DNA of 64,000 nt from Daphnia carinata (Eukaryota): assembly GCF_022539665.2 (NCBI RefSeq), contig NC_081331.1, positions 1,240,001 through 1,304,000 of the forward strand, written 5' to 3'. The notes below the pieces were generated by a model that was not told where the DNA came from, ran no database searches, and saw only the letters and a list, made by a program, of their open reading frames with translations. Made by a program: the position numbers and the translations under genes. Positions 1-12,200 of this stretch are shown here, piece after piece; the stretch's first letter is position 1, and each line of letters starts with the position of its first letter.

Positions 1-3000
1 CAGCAGGTAAAAAAATCATTTATAGTTCAATACCAATCCCATAGAAATCGATCAATGGCTGATCAGATTAAGGGACTCGAGGTACGCCGGCCAGTGCCAT
101 CAGCTAACAGAGCAGGTGTTGTGGTTTGGTTTTTACCTCACTCAATTAGTTTCTTTCGTTTTCTTGAAATTCGAGGTAGTTTCTCTAGAACGATATAATG
201 TGAAACAAACACTATCGATACATTGTCAGCATTTTGTCAACTACCTAAAAAATAATTTCAGTTGTGCAGTTCAAAACACAAACTTGTCACGACGTAAGTT
301 CGTTTTTTATTTGATCGACATATGTTGGCACAACTTTCATAGGAAATAAACTTGCCTTAAAACTTATACTCCTACAACTAGCGTTCCACTAATAAACGAA
401 ACTATTATAGCTTAATGGCCATCCCAAGTCTTATCGACAAATTCCTATATGACAGAGACATTGTATTTAATTTAATTGTTTTATTGCAAATGGAAATATG
501 GCGTCTGGATCGAATAAACGAATTTGGAATTGCAATCGTGAGCTCGAACGGCTCGCCCACGTTTACGGCGAAACGGTGGGCGTAACTTCATGATTGCCTA
601 CGTGTCGTTGTAAAATTAAATGTAATACAAATGTTCTTAACTTCCCAAGTCCAAACAAAATAATGTCATCGTTATTTAACTGCCATGCTGGTGGCCTTAT
701 CACAGCCACGACACGCCAAGAGGCACGCAGGCAATAAAATACAAATTTACATTCAAGAGGCTCTGTGACATTGATGATTCCTATATCGTACACAAAAACG
801 ATAATGCGCTTTGTTTTGAATATATTACTTTACAGATGAGTGTCACACGGAACGAAAGAATCGAATTTCCCGGACAATATGTTTCCTGGGAATCCTATAC
901 GCATAGCGATATTTAAAGGCTTTCTTGACCTTTACACTTCTTCCAGTTAACGAAAGAAGTTTGTTGTGCCAACTACCCCACAGTAATTAAAACGGTAATA
1001 AAATAAATAGGCCGAAAAAAGAGAGAAAATAAATTGCTAATGTTCTATAAATAATATTCTTCTAAGAACCTAGACCTTACGGTAGAAGTGGAACATTGTT
1101 AGTTGGCAGCGAAGCGCCAATGGATCTTGTAATTTTAAACAAGTTTCGTGACCAAAATGATCCTTTTTTCTCCGTGGGGCTTTTTAAATTCAGAACATCA
1201 AACAGAAATTGTGTGAAAGGAAATGGTAGCTCTAGATGGAAGGCATCTGCCAAATGCAGTTCTGTTCAATTATAGCCATTTAACCCCTCGTAGTTGCAGT
1301 AAAAAAAACAGTCCCTTCGGATTCTAAATCGCATTAGCTGATTTTTGCATCAGTAAATTCATTATTTGCCACTGAATTTAAAATGACCGCATGTGATAGG
1401 TGCTTCGTATTTCAACATCGAAGAGCAAAGATAGGAAGTATATACTATTGCTGGTTTTTGCTATTGTAAATTTTTTGGTTGGCTTTCCATTAGAGACATT
1501 GTCATTAGCCCGAAGGCTAGTTCGATTTGTCAAGCCAAAACACTGCTAATAATGTACTGTTTAGAATTGGCATTTAGGAAAGTTTTTGGAACGAGTAGCT
1601 ACGGGGTACATCTATAGTGCTTACGTATGTATTACATTGCAATAGCTAAAAAGGAAAAGTTAAGGCAGGAAGTTTTTGTAGAGGATAGGGGACGTCGTCA
1701 ATGCCCTACACCGACCAGTTGCTGTCAGATTGCTATGTTCGTCGAAATTAAGTACTGCGCATTTGAGAAATCATTGGAAAAGAAACACGATTCACAGTGC
1801 AATTTACATGATGAAGCGATCCGTAGAAGGATAGATGATTGAGAATTTTCAACGTAACCGGTAACAGACGCATCCATTGAGGCCAAATTTTACGGAAGAA
1901 TTACCTGTGCATGTCACCCTCTCCGTTCTATTTCTTTTTTCCATTAAAGTTCTGCTATAGGAATTACATATTTCAATCATCGAATTAAATTTGACAAGGT
2001 GTTTTGGTAGAGCTACGCAGCGACAACAGGTTTTTTTTAGCCAACATGTCGTAAAATTTCCATATAGAAGCCAAAAGCGAAGGATTATTTATTCGATATA
2101 CTGTATATGGGGAACTTTGGCAGTATCTGATTATTTGCAAACCTACAAGGACTCAATGTTCCGGGTTAGTCGAATTCGATCTATATTCTTAAGTACGACA
2201 TGTAATAAATCTTGTGTTTACAACCGGAATCACGACCCAGGATTAAACCGTCTATATTGGCAATGACTTTATCATATATATGGTATTTTTATACAGCACG
2301 AATATTATGCAAATGACCCACAGTTTGACGCAGCGTGAACGACAGATGAAGGAGAATTTCTTTTAAAAAATCCGTTGAGGTGAACATGACGTTTATGTGA
2401 CATTATATGCTTGTGAAGTTGGAAGTACGTAAATCGGACTTACGTATCTCGTAGCCGAAGAACTTTCAATATACATCATTGAATTTGAACGTACTTAAGC
2501 ACACGAAATTGAAAACAACTGAAACGACGAAAACTATAGTAAAGAAGAATAATTCATTAAAAACATGAGGAATGCATTCGAGCTGAGATAGTTGTACAGA
2601 CAAGGACACCGAAATCAGACGCATACCACTTTCAACAATCTCCCAATTGTGTTAAGGCTTTCGAAGTCGAATGCTGATATCTCCTTGCCCCGTTCTTGTA
2701 TTTGGTTTTTTTCTTTCCTTGTTCTTTCAATTGATCTTTCTGACATGTGTGTGCTCTCTTCGCCCTGAACATTATAATCTTACGAAGAGGGAGTCTGTAC
2801 AACTTTTGGACGTTGAATAAAATATCATTTAGTGGTTTTCCAGTAGAACTGGTGGCGGTAATGAAGGTCCATTGCGGCTAGTTGTGAAAATGTCACTGTT
2901 GCTCTCTTAAAAGGATGATTGCGTCGCTGACCGACAACACTGTGGTTGTACAAATACGGCCGCAAAGACAAGTGTTGTAAGTTGAAAAGTAACGGAAATA

Positions 3001-3047
3001 AAACGAACGAAAAAAATAGGTCGAGCAGAATTGACGTCATCGGGTCC

Positions 3048-3205
3048 TTATTGTGTCGGTCGGCTGAGTATGTGGAAGCAGCGCCAATAGTCGGATATCG
3101 CGAGCGACAATAGCGAGATAAACACACTGCAAATGACGATCGAGAGTTGGCTGGACGGGCGTTCCCGTCCATTGTCGCCATGTTGCATTGCAGCCGGATG
3201 TTCGC
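3048..3205 (-). CDS. Dpr-family last coding exon (GEHPAAMQHG linker, hydrophobic GPI-signal/TM-like tail, stop)
   Basis: Acceptor gttctag|GC GAA CAT CCG. Translates (G)EHPAAMQHGDNGRERPSSQLSIVICSVFISLLSLAISDYWRCFHILSRPTQ*, with TAA at 3050-3048. This frame is absent from the ORF track. Confidence 0.85.
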
Positions 3206-6200
3206 CTAGAACGCGACATTAAAGAAAAGTAAACATTATCGAATAATTCATTCTGTACTCTCCGTTGTACGAAAAAAAAGGGAGAGCAAGTTGGAATGCT
3301 TGAAAAAGTAAACGTTTAGGCCTCGAAAGGGCAAGTTGATACGCAATTCCATTCGGGCAAGATTTCACAGATCTCGTCCAGCTTCATTAACCGAGTGAGT
3401 AGGTTCACTTGTTTAAGCGTATTGTTTAAAAACCATTTGATTTTTCGCACAGACATCTGTTCTTTCTGTTTCATTTTAATGCAGATAGTAAGCCTACGCT
3501 GTTTCAAAAACTACGGTTCAACTGTATATAGGTAAGAACTTTAAAACGTAAAATGGCACCGCGCATCTGTTAACTTACTACTTGACGGATATCTGGCATG
3601 CACGTTGGTGTTTGAATTTTGTTATTTAATACGCTTATCTTTTTGCTTCTTTGCCCGATGCGGTACGTTCGCTATTGGAAAACAAGAATATTCTGTTGCG
3701 TGACACGTGTCATGTTGGCGATAACCACGACAACGCCGTTGAAGTCAATGTAAAACGAAAAGAACTTTCGCAATCTTGTTTGAAACTTGCGAATGCTGAA
3801 GGTTACTGAGTTCTTTTCCGCTCTCTCTGATCTTGTATCTGATACCTGTAGGGATTGAATATAGCTGACACCTAGTCCCCCGTTTTCTATGCATATTTCT
3901 TTTCCCATTTCCAGCATGACCTTTCAAAACGTGAAATAACAAAGGGTAGGCGAAAGATGTCTAACTCGTCGCGACAAGGTTTCTTACCGACTGAGGCGCT
4001 GAATACACAACGTGAATTCCGTGAATGCCTAATTGCTGCGTTAGAGAACAATTCAACTATTGCACTAAAGGGGCTTGATATTGTATCAGAAAATAGTCCA
4101 TTACATTAGTACATTGACGTTAGAGAGTTTCCCAGCTAGGAAGAGAGCCGGCATACTTTTTCTTCCGCTAACGGCAAAAACCTTAGTAATCGAAAACCAG
4201 GTATAAGAAATTGTTGCGCAATGACGCGCAAGTTAATCGTTGGCCTTTGGCGTTGTAAACGCGACATTGTCTAGCAGAGTATATAACGTACCCCACAGGG
4301 CCATTCTGTTATTAAACCAATGACAGGGACCTAGACGGAAGGAAAATTCACTAAATTTTAAAAAAAGGGGGGAGGGGGAACCTGAAAAGGAAGAAAATGA
4401 AACAGAATCGAAAGAGAAAGGAAAGTGGGCGATTACCAATCACGACGTGCAACGAGACACTGACAGGTGCCATGTTGGACGGCGAGCATAGATACTGTCC
4501 AGAATCCTCTGGAGTGACGCTAGGGAGAGCGAGCGTCAGTTGCAGAGAATCATTTCCGACTCGAGCGAGAACGGTAGTACGACCCTCGTCGTCCGTGACG
4601 GCGCCAATAATCCAGTTGCTCTCTCCATTTCCTACAAAGAAAATTTGATCATACTTTTTTTTTCTATTAATTGTTTATTTTTTTTTACAAGATTTGTATT
4701 TGACAACGTCGAAATCAAACATGAGCCAACGGAGACGGTGCGTTAGCAAACGCATTGCCCAGTCAAAAGAAGCCTACTACATGCAACCACTGTGCTATCC
4801 TATTCCACTCGGATATAAAACTTTCTCAAAATTTTAGTTGATGTGATTTTTAAGTTGATCATGATTTATCTCATTTCTTACTTGAATTATACTAACGATA
4901 AGATCTTTTCGCTTAGATTCAAAGAAACTACGACATGTTGTGTTGATCAATACATTGAACACAAATGCGCGAATTCAGTACTCCACTTAGGATATTTGTT
5001 CATTCGAATGGGACTCGGATAAAATAAAGTCAAATAAGAAACAATTGAACAATACATTGTCTTAAAATGGAACATTATGTGCCATTTTCACGTGGCTGTA
5101 GTTAAATCTTCGATTGTCATTGATGGTGTAACATATACTGTCGATCGTATAAGACGGATGCCATGAGAAACGTCGTCATTAACTAAATACGTTTCTCGTT
5201 TTCGGTCTCCTGTAAAAACGCCTTGAAATACGAAAGAGGCCCCGGGCTGAAACGGCTGTGAAGCAAATGGTCAATGTGCCTATGCTTCTTGTCGACGGTG
5301 TAATGTTTCTGGACATTACCCTAGGCATGTTCTTCGTCTGTTCGGCTCATTCATTTCGACTGAAATAAATGGACGACAGACGGTATCATTAGACTCGGAC
5401 CGTAGTCGTCGTTCTTTGTTATTCTGCAACGTGGCAGTAAAGAGAAACAGGGAAAGTGTGAAAAGAATGAAGAAGAAAACAAACGAAAAAGATCTCGCTG
5501 GTCTTGAATGGTCTGTGAATGGGTAGGAAATCGAGAGCTCGGCCAAAATCAATACGGCTCTCACCTACATCACACAAACCGGAAAACTTGCAAACACAAA
5601 AGATAGTTTCTTAATTTTGTTGGGGAAGGAAAAAAAAACTCATGGAATAACTAAATATAGTGAGAGTAAAGACGCTGTTAGACATTTCACCATTAGCAAC
5701 GTGAATTACATAGATCTCAGAGCCCAGCTAAAAAGTTCTATCGTCTTAATGATCTCGGCTTTACGTGTGGTAGCCTTTAATACAGTAGATGGCTGTTGTG
5801 TCCGTCAGGATTGAAACAAGGATCGAAAGACTGCAAAAACGAAAAAGAAAAAAGAAGTCTGACAGAGTGTAAACGAAGGCTTAGGAAAAGATAAGAGACA
5901 TAAAAACAAGAAGCAACGAAAGATCAAGTAAAAAGAAAAAAAAGGTAATAACACTAAGAGGCCGCTGTGGGCCTAAGTAGAAGATGTATGAATATTAAAT
6001 GCCAAGATGATGTTACGACTGAAATCACGTAAAAGGCTGTGGCGACTACAGTACTTGATAGGAATAAAAGAAAGAAAAAAAAGGGAAACTACAATAAAGA
6101 GATCGACAAAAATAGAAGCAAAAGATTACGTAAAGCAGATTCAGAATGCTGTGAAAGTAAGACAGAAAAAAAAGTTGGAGAAGCGCATCCGCGAAAAGAA

Positions 6201-9200
6201 AGGGAGGCCACCAAGGAGGACATGTTGCGGCAGCTGTGACATTATAGGCCGCCAAGCCGTTCCATTATCTGATTTCTCATCAACTGGCTCACTGAGGCGA
6301 CCATGTATCAACCAAAACAGAATCGCCATTTTCAGTAAAAAAAGAAATAAATAATAAATACAACGGTCGTGTGGTTCACCGTGGGACGTCCCTTCTTTTT
6401 CTTACATGTCTAACAACCGAAACACAGTCACCATCGGCGGACAGGAAAAGCATCCAAAATAATCTTCTCTTTTTGAACGTCATGCCAAATATCTCCCACC
6501 ACTAAAAGCGTTCCTTCCAAAATAATATTATTACTAGTCTGCTATTGGACTGCTAAGGCCCTGGCGGAGTCGAGCGAAAAACAGCGTATTGACTTTTCTG
6601 TCCGCGAAGGAACAAAGTGTTAACTGAATGATGCCGGAGATTCGGCGTGCCAGATGGTATCATAAGCACACGGCAATCTGCCTCGCATTAAATTACGGCG
6701 CGCTGCTGAATCTTCTTCCTTTTAACCTTTATTTATTAATATCGGAATCTCGACGGAAGTCGCCATTGAGAAATTAAATATTTCGTTCACTCATTTACTT
6801 TGCAATTTACGGCTGCTCCAGCCGTTTCATATATCGACACTGAAAACTTGGCATTTAAAAGCAAAGCTCGGCAAAGTTCCACATAATTAGTGCCAGGGAT
6901 AATTTCAAGCGTTCAGAAGAAATGCAAACATTTTCTGTTGTCGTCAAAGCTTTCTAAAAGGCTGCCGAGATCGGAGATTAAAATGTTAAGATCGTGCACA
7001 GTCCTACCTATTTCGTCAGGCTTAAATTGCTAGGTAATTGAATTACAGTACCTTTCGGATGGTATGGATGGTTTTTGACTTGAGCTAGGAGTGAACCGTT
7101 GAGTCGCCATTCAACGTGCGTTGGGCCGATCAAAAAAGACGATATCTGACAATGCAACGTAACTGGGCTGCCGTTTTTGACGTACATATCCGGTGCACCT
7201 TTGATGTCCACTATCGGTTCTATATTTGTAAAAAAAAAAAATAATAATACGGAAATGGAATAGCAGATTTTTCTTTCATTCGAATGTTGCCAAGCAATGT
7301 GTACATGTAGGCGGATAAGGCCAGCGCAAACGATACGATTATATAAGTCTTACCAACGGGTCGTAGGTGAACAATGCGGCTGATTTTCGGCTCATTCGAC
7401 GAGACTTGGCATTCGTAATCACCAGCATCGGCGGGTTGAACGGCGCGGATTTGCAAAGTCCAAGTGTCAGAAGCAGCAATTTTATGTGCTTGAAATCGGC
7501 CATCGTTAATGAATGTGTCATCACCAACCGCCAGTAAATGTCCGTCGCCTTTTCTCACCCAACTGACCTGAAATTTGAACCACATGGATAATCTGTTAAG
7601 AAATGTAGGACACGTACGTCATTATTTAAAAGATGATAAAACTACTCTAGTATAGTAGAGCGATAAAAAGCATTTTATTTTGCTGCTCGTCTGTCAAAAC
7701 CTATGCATGACAGTGGATTGCGAAGTAACACGGACTCGATGGCCTGTAGAGGAACGTCAGCTCATAATGCAGGGTTCTTTCCTAACTTTCTTATCTGTAT
7801 TACAAGCTTATCTGAAATACGACGAAGAGCAGAAGAGTGTGTGAGGTAACAAGCACGTTGCTTAGATCAACTCCACTCGAAAAACTGTTCGTGTAGTAAA
7901 ACCAAGTCATGTTACATAATACTAATGCCCTTCACGGAGATACTATGTGCCAATGCCAACATGATATTATACAACTTCAGCATCTCATTTTTTTTTAATG
8001 TGTCACAGACTGATAATAAATTCAAAAGACGGGAGCTGAACGTAAAAATTGTATAAAAGAAAACAGCCCGAGACGATGATGGCCAACCCTGTCATAAATA
8101 AGGGGGCTTTTTTGATCCCAAAGGGGTGTACATTCGCAATTACAACTTTCCGACCGAATTATCGAACTGAGCTAGATGCAGAGCTATTTATGTCTCTATA
8201 TAAAACGAGACGTAGTCTCGCATCAGGACAGCTGGGGCAATATAACATTCAACCATCCTGCCTATAATTTCATTTGGTGGTTCGTCGAAAAAAAAAAAAT
8301 TCCCGTTGGGGCACACAAAGGCACGGTTCGACTTTGAATCCCCACACAATCTTGGCACTCGCTTTGGTATCAATTGTATTTCATCACGTTTTAGTTCTCC
8401 AATAAATATGGGATTACTTGCAAAAAATGTTGGCGGAGTGAATTACGGTAGCGTAAATCTGGTGGCTGTTGCTCGAGCAACTATAAACGTGTTGGCTAAT
8501 GTAAATCTGCTCTTATTCCCTGCAAGAGTCAGGATTATTTTGGGTTCCTTGTATGTTTTCATTCCTTCGTGTTCTTCCAAACTTTTATAAACTCTTGGAT
8601 AAAGACGAAAAGTTAAAGCGCCCTTTGGCGCAGTTCTTGCTAGTATTGGCCATTTCTTAGAATTTTTGCATAAAAAAGCTGTTTAACAGACTACCCACTG
8701 CTAGAATATATATAGTGAACAGTAGCCTTGCTTTCCCTTTGCTTAAAGTAGCGAACAAAAAGAGAAGTCTTTGCATTCTCGGTGAGAAAAACTTTTTGCA
8801 CAAAAGATAGAGAATTCCGTAGTTGCCTTGGTTTCTTTGTGCTCGAATCGCCCCCCTACTCCCTTACAGCCATTATGCGCTATTTGCCCTATTTGCCTTT
8901 TCTGTTGTTTCCCCTCTTTGATGGTCTTTTTGATTGTGCTGACCAAGAATCTGTATTTGATAACTGAATCAACTACGCATCGCGGCAGGAACACGTTACG
9001 AGTCGAATACAAAAAGAACAAAGGCTTTTGCAATCAAAAGCCCTGCATAATAGCGTTTTTTCGACGCCTTCCCCCATTCCTGGTAAACGATTGTTATCAC
9101 TAAGGTAAAAACTATAAACAGTCGATAAAAAATTGGGCAAGATTCGAATCCACCTAGAATATGAAACACAGCCATCGAAAAGAAAGTGGATGTTTGTAAC

Positions 9201-12200
9201 CTTTTCTTTGAAAACAGCGGATACATCATCTCGAATGTCTTGGCACGTTGAAATGAACTACATTCTCTACGACGACAATCATACTGATGGAAGAAAAATG
9301 TAGTAGTAGTTTGTATACAATGCAGGAACGCGTAAAAAAAACATAATCGCTTATCTTCACCCTTTTGGACGTGTCGAACACAGAAGGATGGGTTCGAATA
9401 ACACCTCCTTCGAGGAATGCCAAAGTGAAGAGGATAAATTCTGCGATAGTCTATAACCAAACACCCAGACGCTTAGAAAAGGAACGCGTTTGAAGCGAAT
9501 TGGCCACCCAAAATCGATAGTTCTTGGCCAAATACGCTTGTAACGTAAGTAGCTCTTTTACATCTACTTTGTAGCCGTATATCAGACACCATTTTATGCG
9601 ACGCGTCAACCTGATCCTTTTAACTAGAATACATTTAAGTTGACAACAAGTTTTCAAAGGAAAATGCAGACGGGAAATCGCTAAATAACAACGTTTTGAA
9701 ATAAAAGGTTGCAAACAAAAAATCCGTTGTCTTTTCAGCAAAAATCGTAAGTTCCTTGTTTCTGTTTTATACTTTGTCGTGCATACGTTCCCTGCGGTCA
9801 ACCATTTGCCTACTTTCATAAAAAATGTGTCAACTTAAAAGCTAACGCATCAATGCCTTTACAAGACGAAGCTAAACAACATGGTACAAAAGAAACGATG
9901 GCAGAAAAAAGGTTAGATGTTCTATACCCCACAGCTAACCTGACGAAAAGCAATCTCTGCTCTTCACTCTCGGGTTCTGTAATAAATGCTGAAGTGTACT
10001 CCGGAAAGACCACCCCCACCCCCCCACCCCCCCAAAAAAAGCCACGGTTTCTGTTTGTATTTGCGCAAATGACATCCACGCAAGACTTTGAGGAAGGGTG
10101 GTTACGGTTGTGTATCAGTTCAGCTTTATACACACATTAATATGGTATTTCACAATGCGTCATTGCGTACTGTTTGTTTGCCCGTGGTCAAAAAGACAAC
10201 TGAATATTATTAGATGCTGTATATATTTAAGTACGACAAAGGGGGACTGATTATTGTCGCTCAGACTGCGCTTTGCTTTCGTTTCCTGCTTCTCTTTTCT
10301 AGCTGCAACATCTGTACGACACGACGTTAAAAAGTAAATAGTCTACATGTGATGCGGTCCAGGAAGTCGCGTAATCTTGGATCCGGTAGTGTCTCGGTAC
10401 ATCCCTTTTACAATTAATGCAACTCTCGGAGCAGTGTTCACATTTGATGTTTGCAATAGAGAGCATAAACTGGCTTCTTATCGCCAGCAACGCTCCTCGC
10501 TCTTTTACTGGCGATGTGGATTACGACGGCCATTCGTGCACGTATAACGTTATTTGCAATACTCTGAACGCAGATATTTCTTTTTTAAAGGAAAAATGCG
10601 AGCGTCCAGCTGAGTCCATAAACGGCCAACGGGTTCGCAATCTCATTACATAAGCCATTGAAATGTGAGAATTATTTCCACCGGCTAGCTGCTCTGCTTT
10701 TTTATGTATAAATGTGTGCATAGCAGAGAAAAAGAGAGAGGGCGCTTTTTATAGTAGGCAGCGTACCTCACACGGCCGTCATGTATTGTATATCTACATA
10801 AGGCTGCGTCAGGCGTTCAGATTCTTGCGGGATAACGAACTCTTGTCGTCGTGGCTAGCCGTGTACATAGTGAATAAGCGGCAAGAAAATTGCATGGAAG
10901 ACAGTGATTGTGGCAGGCCAGTCTGGCATCACACCCCGACACACGCACACACCAAGACGTGAAAGTCGCTCTGATTGATTCGCAGCGAAAATTAATGAAT
11001 CCCGTCACGTCATTGTCACCCGATCCATCATCTCCTCACGTCCGACATCCAACAGGGAACAGCGAGACATTGCCTTAACACCATGGAACCTGCCTCTCTT
11101 TCGTTTCTCGTGTTTCTAACAATATAAAGCAGAACCAAGTCAAAATAAGTCATATACTGTACTCGACAATCTCGACGCACAACTTGGAAACAGACGTACC
11201 AGAACACTACAATGGTCGCAATTTGAGACTTACAGGAAGGGGAAGGGGGACGTTTGGACATTTTAGCGGAAGCACTGGGTAGACTTGCCTAATGCGATGA
11301 AACGCGGACCGAGTTGGAAAAAAACGAAAAATGCTGTCCTGTTCTTTTAACTACAGTATATGGTCACCCAACGCATTGCAAATGATTGGGACTATCTAGA
11401 AGCAGAACAGACATTTACTTTGGAACGGACGTGATTTCGATACATTATGTAGCAGTCGGTTTAATGGAAAGAACGTCAAAGCCTCTCCCACCGTGTTTTT
11501 CGTATTTTGGAGAATTAGTTACGTGCACTGTTACAACTTGGTTGGAACTGAGCGAGACGTGACGAATTTTCTCTAGAATACTTCTGCCTCCTGCCTTTTT
11601 TTGCTTTCGGAGTTAAAAATAAAATTGCATGTTAAGAAGCAAAGGAAAAAATTGATTTGATTGTTTCGGTTTCGGTCATGACGATTTAAAAGACCACCCC
11701 AAAGCAGATACAGTATACGTGCGTGTCTATGTACAATGACTGTATCTACTTTTTGCATTTCATTATTCAACATTCCCCATGAACGTAGATAAACACTTAA
11801 GCCTCTTAACTAGTGGAAAAGAGATGAATTTACGTTGGTAACAAATAAAACCGGCCGACAGAAAATCACGAGAAATCCCTTTTCCAAAGAAGCTATTAAA
11901 TGGCTTGACTTACCGATCGATTTCCGGCCTGGCGTACGCGACACGGAAGGATGGCGTTGGATCCAACTTGAACGCTGATGTCAGCTGTGGTGAACGGATC
12001 AAAATACGGCCCAGTGTATAAGCCACCCGCCAAAAGCTCTGCAACACGATGAGATGTACCGCCGTCAGTTGACTCCTCGGGCTGTTGTGGTATAGGTTTA
12101 ACGGCAATATGAATGCCTTCGTCTTGAACGATCGCTGAACTGCATACATTTCCTAGTATGAATAACAATTTGCAATGAATTTTGTGCCACTTGAATTTAA

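Noticed and set aside
5555..5615. Minus-strand acceptor directly followed by GTGAGA (recursive-splice-like AG|GT)
   Set aside because: The host intron is only 2.4 kb and the pyrimidine tract is weak, so a chance match is likely.
6007..6354. Lys/Arg-rich 115-aa ORF, and similar K-rich or F-rich ORFs across the window
   Set aside because: These are by-products of A/T homopolymer tracts in introns.
8320..8345. GGTTCGA tRNA T-loop-like motifs (also near 9391, 12900 and 49107)
   Set aside because: No cloverleaf stems or A-box could be built around them.
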